64,000 bases of DNA from Lingula anatina (taxonomy: Eukaryota; Animalia; Brachiopoda). A program made the translations under genes and the position numbers. The notes below the pieces were generated by a model that searched no databases, was not told the DNA's origin, and was given only the letters and a program-made list of their open reading frames with translations. Below, piece by piece: positions 1-12,948 of the stretch. The stretch spans positions 6,014,001-6,078,000 of the forward strand of contig CM120647.1 in assembly GCA_051362555.1 (NCBI GenBank). The letters are read 5' to 3'. Each line of letters opens with the position of its first letter. Positions within the stretch are counted from its first letter, which is position 1.

Positions 1-558
1 TGTTCTGTAGCAGTATGGTCGTTATATACTGACCTGCGATATGTTGAGCCTCGCGACTACGTGTCTATTCCAAAAGACATACTGGAACATATGTTGTTGT
101 TTTTTATATATGATGATTACATCTAGTAAGCAATTTTAACTATGAGTCTAAGCTAAATTGAGGTCACAGTCGATTCTTGCACTTCCTTGGAATTACTGGG
201 TATCTTGACAAATAGTTCGCCATTTAGAACTGTTGTCTCCGGAGCTCGGGAGCGTTTGCTGAAAAAAGAAATGTATACATTTTTACAATGGGCATTTGAT
301 TGTTTACAGTATTATGATTGCGGGTTCGGAGGACCCCCCACCCCCCCACCCCATTAGCTTTAGAGGTATCCACTTCTCCCTCTTTTCAGTCCCCCCCCCC
401 CCAAAAAAAAAAAAAAAAAAAAGGAAAACAAGCTCAACGAGACAAAGCCAAGAATTTTTTATTTCAACGTGTTCTAAATATTATGAAATATCAGTAAGAA
501 GGAAACCCAAGCACATAATATTAAACTACAAAGTCACTCTCTCTAAATCATCAAATAA

Positions 559-815
559 GGCTTCGTTCACATGCAATGTCTATTTTCTAAATTCTATTTT
601 CTATTCGCGGTATGTCTTATGATCACGGTCTGTGCCCTGAATATCCCGCGGCGTAATTACTGGCAGCGCGAGCCAGTTACTATAAGTTACTATAAGTAAC
701 TGGCTCGCGCTGCCAGTAATTACGCGGCGGGATATTCAGGGCACAGACCGTGATCATAAGATAGCGCGAATAGAAAATAGAATTTAGAAAATAGACATTG
801 CATGTGAACGAAGCC
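559..815. mobile_element. Near-perfect 257-bp palindromic MITE (PIF/Harbinger type)
   Basis: GGCTTCGTTCACATG...CATGTGAACGAAGCC with arms of about 120 bp; TAA TSD at 556-558 and 816-818. Confidence 0.9.
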
Positions 816-2115
816 TAAGGCTTTAACAGCACGCCTTTTAAACCTTCATTGTTTTAATTTTAAAATATATTTCATCAAAATTGATGCTGGTAACAATTTA
901 TCTGAGGGAGAATTCTTGACAAAAAGAAGCAAAAAAACACTTCACTTTTGACGATACCGCACGCAACACTACGATAAAGCCATGTTTGGGATAGGTGGAT
1001 CACCAGACAAAGTAGGGGGTTTGGTGTAAATATACAACTTTGAGTCGTACAAAGCTGAGAGTATCTGAATAAATTTTGGATAAAAAATAACGAGATTCGA
1101 TGCTATCTCTCTGTCATATTCCGCCTTTTTAGTGTAATGCATACACTGCTATGCGGACACGATGGTAAAATTTAAGAAATCTAAAAAATGAAATCATTTC
1201 ACTCGTCATGCTTACGTTATTAACGCACGCGATGAAATCATCCTCCAAAACCCGCCCTTTTCGTGTAAAACACGAAACGCCCGATACTTGGGAAGATTTA
1301 TTGGTAGGTGGGATCCACTGGCTGATCCATGGCCTTTTCAATGGGAAGCGGGGGGGGGGGCAGAAATATATAAATATAGTAGATTACCAAAATTATGGAC
1401 TTTTGATTATACTGCGTTTGGCACAGGGATGGGGGGAACGACATGCTTTTCTTTTGGATTTTTTGATTTCGTTATTATTATTTTTATTTGAGGGGGTGGT
1501 AGGGATAAAATGATTACCTCAGAAACTAAGGGGGAGGAGCAGTGCGTGCCCGCTGCTCTCTGTTGGACGTGGACGTGGACGTGGGAACAACTTGAATTGT
1601 ATTTAGTACAACAACGGCGAAATCTGGGGATAACTTTATGCGCCACCCCGGTGTGACATGCAGGAATGGTACATGTAGCCTGTTCCCCATCACTTTGTGC
1701 AGGTGACATTCGTCTCATTAACGAACCCCGATACTCCGACTAGCCCTAACATGTACTATTTATATGGGACCCGGACTTCCATACCTAAGCGCGAAGAGGA
1801 GAGTTGAATGAGTGGTGGCATTCAGAAAAATTATCCTCGGACTTACAGATTTGCGGATCAAATATGGCCAATCCGGTAAAAAGGTAGCTGCTTATAATCC
1901 CTTGATGGTCTCCCGGCCTCCACACGCGCCGTCCATGCAGGCCTAGCAATAAAACCTGGGAGCCGAGATTTAATCCGTTCAGTAACGAGGAGGCGGTGAG
2001 GCCATCAAGGGATTAAGCGGCTTCTTTTGATGTGGGGTCGGCCATATTTAGTCCACGGATCAGTCATTCCGCGGATCATCTATTCTGAATGCGACCATTG
2101 AGTGACCATCCATAC

Positions 2116-4827
2116 CTGTAAAGGTTCTCGGCGTCCTCTATCGTCTCTGGCAGAGGGACATTGGCCGTGTCCGGCAGCACCAGGGCCAGCAGACCAGTGG
2201 TCACCGATATAATGCCCATTATCACGAGAGGTATGGAGTCCCCCACCGGACCTTCAAATCTGGCCTCGTTCTGGAATTGAAAAAGTGTTTTTTGGTGAAT
2301 TGCAGGGTGTTTCCTCTCTCTATCTTATCTACACACATACTCCCCTGATTCAATTACCCACTCTCGCTCTCTCTCTTTTTCTCTAACGCAAGCTTATGCG
2401 CGCGCACACACACACACTTATCGTACCTCATTGCGTATCATCCGTTGTCACGTCCACCACAATTCTCCATCGCCATTTGTCACACCTAACACAATATTGC
2501 CATCCAAATGTTGCCGCATCCATCCTCAACATCATAATCAATCATTATTATTATTATTTCTATTATTATTATTACGCCTACCACAATAACAGGCGCCAAC
2601 ATAGCTCCACATCGCCCAAAGAAACCGCTGATGGCGAACATGGAGCTTCTGGTGACGGTGGGGAAAACCTCGGCCGCCCAGATCACTATTAAACCATAGG
2701 CGGCCGTGACGCCCAGCTTTCCCACGACATTCAGACCCACGTAGACCCAACGAGTGGAAGGCGCGTCTGGAAGGGATTTTATTAGTCGAAAATTTTGTAT
2801 AAGAACATTATATGCAATCAGTGAAAAACACGCAGACCGCGAAGGGCGCGTTTGAAAGGACATTTTACTCATTTCAAACTGACTGACTCATTAAAAACCT
2901 GTTTTAACTTAAAATATCAAATTAACACATGGAACAATGCCTTTGCAATGTTTTTAATTAATTAAAGAAACATTTGAAGCGAGAATGAGTACCCTGTAAC
3001 GTACATGTGCTATAGTATTTGAATAACTAGTGCCAGTTAGCTTTTAAAGATCAAATCGACCTAATACAAACAAACAAGCAAAGAGGAAAACCGAAAGGAA
3101 AAAAAGAAAGAAAGAAAAGAAAAGAAAATATGAAAACGAGACAAACAAAAAATTGAAAATATTTACCGTGCGGAGCATACAGGTCCACTGGTACTGTACA
3201 CAGAAGCGACAGCCCCCCGACAACCATATACGTGATATGGGGCCCTTTCCTTCCCAGCTTGTCTATGGTGAACAGCAACGTGTAGGCGGGAATCTCCACC
3301 GCTGAGATGAGGAGAAAATTCACGTAGACGTTCCCCGGTAGTTTTCCGCTGTTTAGGCTGAGGCCGCCGTACATAATACTGACGGAGAACCTGAAAGGGA
3401 AATGAGGTGCTAAAATTTGAGGAACGAGGCTATATTGTGTGAGAGGTGCTGGAATGAGATTACGAATCTTCACGCAATGACGTCACATTAAATGCTAAAT
3501 ATTTTATTTAGGTTCATCAGGCCTACCCAACTACCAGACTCGGCACATAAGGATCCTGAATTACTCGGTATATCGGACCACACTACCCGTTTTCAAGGTG
3601 TGTGTCAGATCGCATTTCGGAGTATCATACCCCAGAACAAATTTTGTAGGACGACCGCGGGCTCATCCTGTCGGTGTTCTGACTGGATCCGCCATTGCAA
3701 AAAAGTGCTAATTTGTACTTACCAATTAAGTGTTACAATAAACAAACTGAGAAGTAGTTTGGGGGATTTAAACATCCGCAGTAAACCTTCTTCTCTCTTC
3801 TCAACTTCATCTCCCTGGACGTCCAAAACTTCCAGATCTTTCTCCGATAGATGGCGACCATTCACTTCCGCCATGCGCTCTAGCAGTTTCTTTCCCTCGT
3901 TTCGCTTCTTTTTATCATTAGACGCCAGAAGCCATCTTGGCGATTCGTCTATAAGCCTGTAGTATAAATATAGTTGTGAGGTAATTCTTTTGCAGAATTT
4001 TAGCTAAACGCAGGCAGGACTTGATAAAATGGGAGTTAATTAAGTATGTCGTTTATCTTTTTCAGGGTCATACGTTTTACGATTTCTGTAAAAGTTCCAT
4101 GAGGATAAGGAAACCAGACTTTATTGGAACCAAGATATAACCAAATAATTAAAAATAAACCACTAAATAGATTAATGAAGGCAAGAACGCATGGGTGAAT
4201 GGATAAAAACGGTGGATGAAAATATACAAGCTAAGAAACAAACAAATGAATGAATAAATAAAATCAGTAATGAATGCAGGCTAAGGATCAGCATACCAGA
4301 AAAAAGGAATAATCCCAAATAATGGCACAGATGACACCAACAATAGATGGCGCCAGTTGGTAGCTAAGTAGGCGAAGCCGGCCGTGGACATGGCGCCCAC
4401 TATCCAGAAGTATTCCACGAGCACCCCTGCCAGCATTCTCTTTGAAGAACCCACCATCTCCATGACTGGGAAACAAAACAAAAATAAAACTTAGATTACT
4501 TATTAAAAATAATTTAAAAATAATTAAAAAATTATTGCGTCTGATGAACTTTAACATTTGATATTTAAAAAGAATGAAAAACATGTTTGAGCCTATTTTT
4601 GTTTTATTGCTGTTTACTAAAGCATATGTAGCAACTAGAATACATTGTAGTTATTGTGAAATTCTGAATCTCATATGAAGGGTTAGTATCCCTTTAATTT
4701 CTATAAAATCAAAATGGCACAGAGTTACATCAGTAGAAATAAAAGATCAACATTTAAATAATACACTTGATATAAATAAATGTCAAAAATATATATTATT
4801 TTATTTAACCTGAATAGTGGCGAATAT

Positions 4828-4887
<60 letters not shown>

Positions 4888-7800
4888 ATAAATAGATTTA
4901 GAAACGACCCCATCAAAATAAAGAAAATAAAGAAAGGAGAAATAAAAAAGAAGTGTGTGTGTGAGAGAGAGAGAGAGGGAGAGAGAGAGAGAGAGAGAGA
5001 GAGAATGGATGGATGGAGAAAGAGAAACTACTTATCTTCAATTGTTTAAATGGTTTCCTATCATCCATCCCGTATCCACATGCACCCGGTGTAACAGGAA
5101 TGGAAGTCCGCTTGAAACCGTAGTCCGTTCCCCATTACTTTGAACATGTGACACTCGTCCCATATGTTAACCCCAATACCGCAACTAACCCTAACCTGTA
5201 CTAATCATATGGGAGCTCGGACTTTCATTCCTAGGACTTCCATTCCTGTCACACCGGCACGCTTCAAGTCATCTTACTCAGTGTAAATCCTGCACCAAAT
5301 GTTCCCCCGATACTAAACCCAATCATAAACCGCAAGAACGCAAAGGAATGGTGTTCCGGGGCAAACGCGGCAGCGGTTCCAAAGATGGCGTCCAGGATGA
5401 TGGAAATTAGAAACACGGGCTTGCGACCAAACCTGGAACAAGAACAAGATCGTGTATTGTTGAGACAGGGAACATTTCAGACTGAAATATTGTCCGAAAG
5501 GCGCTATCATAAGTCCACATCTGAAGAGACCTCCGTCTCAACATGTTAAGCGTCTTTTATAGGTACACGTACACAATGAGTGTTACTTAAAAACTTTACA
5601 CACACCTGATTTTTTTCTCTTGTAGATTAGCTCACTCAAAAATGTAAAGAATCGCTTAAAATCTAATATGATCGACGAAAAATATTAGAAATTTGGATGG
5701 GCGCCAGTTGCTGAATCTTACCTATCGGCAAAGTATCCGGCAAATATGCCACCAACCAGCTCTCCTCCCGTGGAAGCAATCTGAGCTACTGTTTCTCTCG
5801 GACGCTTCTCGCAGACAAAATTGAACTGTAAGAGGAATTATATATGAAACAACGTGGAGTATTGTATACATTTATATTAATATAAAATAATATGAATCAT
5901 AATAACATTAGCAAAGTATACGATTATTTTATATCTGCGAAAAAGCTATGTGATATAACAAACGGTTTATTATACCGATTGTCCACCAAAGAGGAATTAT
6001 ATGAAAAACAATTTGAAATATTACACCCAAATAAAACAATATGAGATATACCGGTAATTTAAATGATATATTTATATCATATAATTAGGAAGGGATGAGG
6101 TCTTATATGTGTGAATACGCTATGTAACAGCATGGAGGAAATTAAGACAATTGAGTCACTCGAAAGATCATTGTTATCTACGTTAAATTAAAAAAATATG
6201 TAACTTAAAAGGGATAACAACTGTTCATTTTGGCAACAAAATGAATTTCCCTGGGGTAAACAACAATTTTCCCACTTTTATTAATGGTAAATGAATCCAT
6301 CCCAACATTCAGAGTTAGTCCCTGTTTTTTTTTTTTTTTTTTTAAGTTTTTTTTTTTTTTTTTTTTTTGTAATATTCTCTTAAGAGATTATTACAGAGAG
6401 TAGTAAGCTATAACGAACGCGTGATGTGATGGCAAGCAAAAAATCCCAGAATAATTGCCTTAACCGCCGTTTTCGTGGTAAAATATAATTTATCATTCTT
6501 CTATGAGTTGTTTACAATGTATTTATTGTGAAATATGGATATCATACGAACAGTTGTTATCCCTTTTAGTTCTGCAAGACGTTGGTGCTTAACACAAAAA
6601 ATATTAACATCAATAAAAATAACATTTTAAGGGAACGGGCATGAAGTAATCAGAAAGCATACTTCTAATTATTTCACCCTCCTTATTTTCGGCCATTAAC
6701 ATAAAAGTCATAAAAATGATTTCAGAGCCCGCAGCGGCATTCTTATACAGCAGTAAAATCTCCACGACGTATATATAAAACAAAGTGACCAAACGCGGGG
6801 TGCATCTACTTTACATACTTCAGCTTATTGTATTGGTTTTCTGCCGCGAGCCATGGGAACATTTTATATTTATTTCATATGATAGCTATATAATAAAGTG
6901 ACTCGAGTAGCCGGTGGTTTGAGAGAGCCCGGGCTCTTTATTTCGTCAGTACTTACTCAAGTGTATAACTGATGGCGTAAGTACTACACATAAGATAAAA
7001 CACGCGCATAAAGTCAAACTACTACATCACAATAGCATGCACAGCACAGTCGAACAGATACCGCCTGGTATACATGTAGTAACCGGCTAAAACCAGTGTG
7101 GCCATTGCACTAGTAGTACGAGCTCGAGTGGCCCTCAGCGACAATTTATGTACAGCTAAAAAGGATTACTATTTCATGAATAATTATCTTAGATAAAATG
7201 TGAGTCTTGTAAGTTGCTATCACATGTATATGCATTTCTCCCGGTGATGAGTTGCATTCAAGGAGCATCTGACAATTGCTCACACTTTTAAAAGTATAAT
7301 ATAAAGTTTAATTTAAAAATTATAACCCTGTAACCAGGCGCACGCTTGATGGCGGTCAGGAATATTGGGCGGGGCATTAATTTGCATACAAACATGTCAA
7401 TTACAGATGCCAGTTACAGCATACCTGTGTGTTTTACTATAGTTCTGAAGAGGGTTAAGTTACAATAGCATCCTACACCCCATTTCCAGAGATTAGATCG
7501 ACCTACTTTAGATCGACCTAACTCCCTGGGGGTTCACGCTAAATAGCTGTCAGCCGGGCGGACACGAAAGTTAATTACCCCTTACAGCTTGTAGTAGGCG
7601 GGACGGACATTTAAGTCGGATTATCTGATAGATCGATCTAAAATCTATGGGAATAGAGCCCTAGTCAAAGGTGCATCTACGCTATTGCTTAACGTATTTT
7701 TTTAGTTTCTTTTACGTGCCGGGGAAACCCTTCATCTTTATTCAATAATACACCAATAAAAATGCGCTCCGTTGTCAGTTCGACTTGAGTGTCACTACGA

Positions 7801-10800
7801 CACGACAACCATCAGATCGTTGACAAAAACATGTTAAAATTAACGGGGTTCCCTTGCGTCGCTGTCCGTCCGTCTCATCTGACCGCTCATCCCCGCCCCA
7901 GTGAAGAAGGGAAACGAAGTGTTACTCGGGCGCAGTGAAGAAGGTCATGTTTTGACTTGGTGCAACGGGCGTAATAAACAGGGAGAGAAAACCTCGCACT
8001 TCAGTTTACGACAATCGTAGCGGAACAAATTAACGACCCGTTCATGCAACCGGACCCCTATAATATATGCATATAGGCCACTGTTCATATTACAATTATA
8101 GTTTCTGCTTCGGGACACGGACTCATTTCACTGATATTCCGTGCGATAGCAAGCACTGCTGTGTGCAGTACACGCAGATACAACGCTAAGGATTCTACTC
8201 TCATTTGCCGGTTCACAGAAATCTAAAGGGCGAGCCAGCTAGCAAGCATGGCATCGCTGAAATACATGTATAACATATTGACAACAGCGAGGGTCTGTTC
8301 AGTTGTTAAATGGCTGATTCCGTGTATTACTGTCGGGCTAATATGGATGCTCATTCCTGCGCCACTGGAGAAAGAAAACATGAAGCACACTTTGAAGAAG
8401 TGGACCTGGTTTGAGGAAAACAAGGCGAAGAGCGCCTCGGAAAGATGGGACTCGTTTTCTTTTGATCTCGAAACAAGATACCTGGTGCTGAAGGAGAGGG
8501 ACTACACCCACGTAAAGGGGAAAAAATTCGTGTATTTATCGCAGGGGCCGACAGTCCCAAAGGGAGGCATTAAAGGGCTAAAAGAGACGCCACAAAGAGA
8601 TGTCTTCTGGTTGACTTTTGCAGACAAGACAGGTGACATATATGCGCCTAAAGGAACCTCCCTCTCGGCCGGTAGAAATGCTCTTCTTCGTTACGCAGTT
8701 CATCTAGCGTCACAGACACCAGACAAAGGATACCTTTACTACATCTTCGCCGACGATGACGTTGTTTTGTCGGTACGAAACAGCACGGGGGTGAATTGGA
8801 AACCATGGGAAGAAATGAGCAATGATCCGTTCCAAAGGTTTGAAGAGTTCCTTCTTTATTTTCAGCCTGCAGTGAGTTACGGTGTCTACCCCCAATCGGC
8901 ACGGCAAAACATACAAATAGTGAAACCAAACACGCCCGCTAACGTGAACTGGATTTTTGATGACTGTTTCGTGGCTTTCCATAGGGACACCTTGTCGTTT
9001 GTTTTACCATGGGATACTTATTTCGACTACAACAATTGGCTAGCCGCTCCCTTCATGGTGCGTCAAATGCCAGCTATTCTATATCATTCTTACCGCTACC
9101 AATGCAACTCCATTTCTGTGGTCAACCCCGTCAGCGACAGGCCTATTTCCAAGGAGGAATACTTAAAGCATTTGGACTTCCGTCAACCGGTGAAATACAC
9201 CCATAAAGCTTTATTGAAATATCAGAAACAGAACAGAGAACCAAATGAGCTAAGAAACGCCGTGCTTCTCCAAGGCGAAGTTGGCGATGGGTACCAAGGC
9301 CCCAATGGGGCCGTCCCCGGAGAGCCGAAAATGAAGTCTCGTAATATCTCGTATTTGGTCACGGACCCTTTCATAGAAAACTTCTGGGATTTAACTCAGC
9401 CTTTAGTGCAACAGAAGCTGTCATGGAGAGCTAATCCCGATGTGAGGAAGATCTTGGATCTGGATCGCCCGGACGCCTTCCCACCATTTGTGGCGGACTC
9501 GATTTACTGCACTGGGCCTCAAAAGTGTACCGTTACACCCCTCACGTAGACTCTAGACCCCAAAAGTGTACCGTTACACCCCTAACGTAGACTCTGGACC
9601 CCAATAGTGTACCGTTACACCCCTAACGTAGAATCTGGACCCCAATAGTGTACCGTTACACCCCTAACGTAGACTCTTAAGAGATATAAAAAAGCACTGC
9701 ATGTACTGGCTACATTTTGGTAGTAGTAGTATTTATTTTTATGTAGGTGTGGCAACATAAACAACATAATGTCCAGTTAAAAGACACACAAACGTACACA
9801 GAGCTTGTTGGACAGTGCTGCTGATAAAGTATACATGTAGATGCTGGGAACCAGTATTCAGTGAATTTTGATATTTGTAGGACGTATAACTACATGTAGC
9901 ATAACACACTTAGAAATAATATGTTACCTCAAAAATTCTTATAAGATAAAATTTGATTTACCAGTAAGTGCTATGAACACATGTAGGCCTACATGTAGAT
10001 TTTTTGGATGTGACCCTGGTTGATTTACATACATGTTTCATTGCTGTGACCCTGGCAGTAAAGAATTGTGTCATTAATTAGCCAGAGACATTCTGGGAAC
10101 ATCTCGTGAAAAATCAATGTGGCCCAGGTAGAAGGAAGTTATTAGGCGCGTTTTGAATTATCATTACATGTACACTAACGGCGCTTATCAACACTGCATT
10201 AATTTTACGACCGCGGTGTTTTTTGGTGACGTCACGATATTTTGTGCACTTGCTAAACGGTACAACAGAGGTGCACTGTCGTTCCCACGATTTTCCAAAG
10301 TTAAAAAAAGCTGAACATAAAATTTGATTTTAATTACCTTCAAAACATATGTTGAGAGTATCTGAACTTTATCCGCCAACAGGTAATTTGTTTAGATCAA
10401 TTAGGGGTTCATAAATATGATTTCTAGAGTCGAATAAATAGGCAAAATAAATGCTCCAACTGTTGTATGCCAGCACAGTGAAATTATGAATGAGATCCAC
10501 AGCCCCACAGCAAATTCGAAATGTTATGCAAGCATTATGAAAACGTTTCCAATAATGCAGTGATAATGTTTCAGAAAAAAATTAGGATGTCAAACAGTAC
10601 GGGTTTAAATGTGTGTTGAAAATATTATAATAATTTGTTCGCAAGTAATATGAATACAGGCTGTTTGTGTTTTCGGGAAGCGGCCGTGAAATAAACGGCT
10701 AAAACCGCGATTTCCTGGCGCGAACATAAAAGTCCTGCAACGCAATACTATAATGTATGTATACGGTAGGCCTAACTTTATGCATGCCATCATTTGAAAA

Positions 10801-11651
10801 TGTCTATACTGCTTAAATAACGAATTGAATATTTAAGGTAAATAATTTCAATGTTGGTAATATACTTTATATCTACTTCCTAACTTCCTAAGTTTTCACA
10901 TGATCATTTTACAACTAATGATGTCGAACCGAGGTGGTCTTTAAAAGTTTTGTTCAGTATACGTGTAACTTCTCCTGACTTATTTTCATACATCGACCGG
11001 TTGTTTTCCACATAAAAACATCCACAAGATTGCGGAAAAGAGCAGTTCTAAGACAGTGGTCTCGTTTGAGTGCATCAGTTAGCTCAAAGACAAGGCTGAA
11101 AGAGACTGTGATCTCATATGTAGAGATAGAGATAGAGAGTGCCAGAGAGTGAACCAAAGTGATCTTTAAAATTTTTGTTCAGTATAACTTCTCCCGACTT
11201 ATTTTCAAAAATCGGCCAATTGCTTTCCACTTAAAAGTATCCCCACGGCTACGGAAAAGAGAAGAAGACAGGGGTCTCTTCTGGGTACATCTGCTGTTAA
11301 CAATAACCACATGGCATCTAATCACAGTCGTAATTCTGCGCAATAGCTCAACCCCAGGTAACACAGAACGTTATTTTTTGGTAATATAAACGTTATGGTA
11401 ACGTTATGAAAACGTTCTGTGTTGGCTGGGACAGTCTTCCAACAGGTCGTTGGTGTTTCCAGAGGATTGCCACCCCCTTTTACTCGCTGAAAGCCGCAAT
11501 TTGGGGCGTAAAATAAATAAATAAATAAATAAATAAGTAGAAAATTTTTTAATAAATTTTAAAATAAATAAATAAATGAATAAAAACGGAAATTTAAAAA
11601 TAAATGAAAAAAGTAATGCATGCATGAAAAAATAAATAAACTAAAGAGATA

Positions 11652-11706
<55 letters not shown>

Positions 11707-12679
11707 CCACGCTACCTCCGACTGGACCGTTTCATCCATCATGCTCCTATCAAAAACCCAGCGGTCACATTTTTCGGTACTCGTGACATTGGTGGCAGCG
11801 GAGGAGTTGGGTGGGATGTTAAGCAAACAGTGATCTTTTCCGTCCAGGGCCAGCGGGTCGAGGACATAGGATGAGTTCACCATGGCGTCGTGCCACTCGC
11901 CCTGAGACTCGTATGTGTCGTTGGGCATATCGGGCAACGCGCATCTGAATTAATAATGAGTTTATTTTTTATTATTATTGCTCTACAATTTTATTTAATA
12001 TTTATCTGCAACATTTGAACTGACTATCACTCAACTTGTATAATATGCATACAATACATGAACAATCTAAATGTATTGATATAAGAAGTATATTTCACTA
12101 ATGCGGCCTGTTTCATACATGACTTTGAAATTAAAAGTCAAAAATTGGTCTAAGCAAGGATTATAAAATGAAGCCGACTAAGCTGCGTTTCCGAGTCTAA
12201 AAAGATTGCGTTTCCTTTCTTATTTGTAATTGAGCCCATGGAGCAAGCTGTGATTGTCTAGGCAATGGTTTGCACTGTCAGTGATGACAAATTGACAATA
12301 GCCGTTTTCATTATGTCAACTATATCCGCTGAGGGTCTAAGCCATTTTCGTAGTCGGCTGTCCGAATTTAGCCGATTAAAGTGTGCAACGAAAGGCTCAT
12401 CAAATCGGGGCGTAAGTAGACTCAGCACCTGTGTTATATTCCACGGGTACATTTGGGACGAAAAAAAAAAACAAATGCCGAACTCACCTCAATGGAAGGC
12501 CATAGTTAATGAAGATGCCGAACTCACCTAAACGGCAGCGCGTAGTGGATGAAGACGATGTTCATCACACCTAACGCAATCACCACAATCGGGAGGCAGG
12601 TGAGGACGTAGGCGCGGATCTGAAACTTGCCAAAATCTCCGAGTTTACTGATCACCCTGTCTATTGCCTCTCCGTCCAT
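2116..12679 (-). CDS. SLC22 family (Orct/OCT/OAT-like) MFS organic ion transporter, paralog 1; 9 coding exons found, terminal exon not identified
   Basis: Phase-consistent GT-AG exons: 12679-12528, 11944-11716, 5825-5722, 5432-5278, 4465-4297, 3956-3723, 3390-3167, 2766-2582, 2270-2116. The translation has SLC22 hallmarks: MDGEAIDRVISKLGDFGKFQ, FNFVC, ADRFGRKP, ESPRWL, DKLGRK, AEVFPT, LPDTANVPLPETIEDAE. Sizes of exons 3-9 (104/155/169/234/224/185/155 nt) match paralog 2 exactly. Confidence 0.93.
5087..5257. mobile_element. CCGGTGT-terminated TIR MITE (superfamily unassigned)
   Basis: CCGGTGTAACAGGAATGGAAGTCC...GGACTTCCATTCCTGTCACACCGG; relatives at about 1648-1790 and 21164-21490. Confidence 0.75.
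6209..6565. mobile_element. Short TIR element with TTAA-like target (Kolobok-type MITE)
   Basis: Inverted termini AAGGGATAACAACTGTTC ... GAACAGTTGTTATCCCTT, flanked by ttaa and ttag. Confidence 0.6.
7476..7660 (+). mobile_element. Harbinger-type MITE family A (copy with internal deletion)
   Basis: CACCCCATTTCC...GGGAATAGAGCC with CTA TSD; near-identical to 12734-12948 and 35556-35770. Confidence 0.85.
8248..9549 (+). CDS. Nested antisense single-exon CDS: 433-aa type II membrane protein with DXD motif, putative GT-A-fold glycosyltransferase-like protein
   Basis: 1302-bp uninterrupted ORF in AT-rich intronic DNA. It has an N-terminal hydrophobic anchor (WLIPCITVGLIWMLIP), a YLYYIFADDDVVL motif and aromatic-rich conserved-looking blocks (PFQRFEEFLLYFQPAV, FDDCFVAFHRD..LPWDTYFD). 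A possible 5'UTR acceptor (..ttcacag) lies at about 8218. The function is inferred. Confidence 0.85.
   Translation: MASLKYMYNILTTARVCSVVKWLIPCITVGLIWMLIPAPLEKENMKHTLKKWTWFEENKAKSASERWDSFSFDLETRYLVLKERDYTHVKGKKFVYLSQGPTVPKGGIKGLKETPQRDVFWLTFADKTGDIYAPKGTSLSAGRNALLRYAVHLASQTPDKGYLYYIFADDDVVLSVRNSTGVNWKPWEEMSNDPFQRFEEFLLYFQPAVSYGVYPQSARQNIQIVKPNTPANVNWIFDDCFVAFHRDTLSFVLPWDTYFDYNNWLAAPFMVRQMPAILYHSYRYQCNSISVVNPVSDRPISKEEYLKHLDFRQPVKYTHKALLKYQKQNREPNELRNAVLLQGEVGDGYQGPNGAVPGEPKMKSRNISYLVTDPFIENFWDLTQPLVQQKLSWRANPDVRKILDLDRPDAFPPFVADSIYCTGPQKCTVTPLT
9519..9677. repeat. 41-bp tandem repeat (about 4 copies) overlapping the stop codon of the nested gene
   Basis: CAA(A/T)AGTGTACCGTTACACCCCT(C/A)ACGTAGA.TCT.GACCC recurring with a 41-bp period. 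Confidence 0.9.
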
Positions 12680-12733
12680 TCTTTCACGGATCTGTAATAA
12701 ATATAAATATATATAAAATATGTATACATATTA

Positions 12734-12948
12734 GGCTCTATTCCCATAGGTTTTGGATCGATCTATCCCCGCGGGGAGTCTCACTAGATTACTTTCAGAT
12801 AATCCGACTTAAATGTCCGTCCCGCCTACTACAAGCTGTAAGGGGGTAATTAACTTTCGTGTACGCCCGGCTGACAGCTATTTAGCGTGAACCCCCAGGG
12901 AGTTAGGTCGATCTAAAGTAGGTCGATCTAATCTATGGAAATGGGGTG
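12734..12948 (-). mobile_element. Harbinger-type MITE family A
   Basis: 215-bp reverse-complement match to 35556-35770; flanks tta/tca. Confidence 0.85.

Noticed and set aside
1-2115. Candidate terminal exon of SLC22 paralog 1 (acceptor-like sites near 1287, 1064 and 82)
   Set aside because: None gave a convincing acceptor plus a peptide comparable to the paralog-2 tail, so this is left unresolved.
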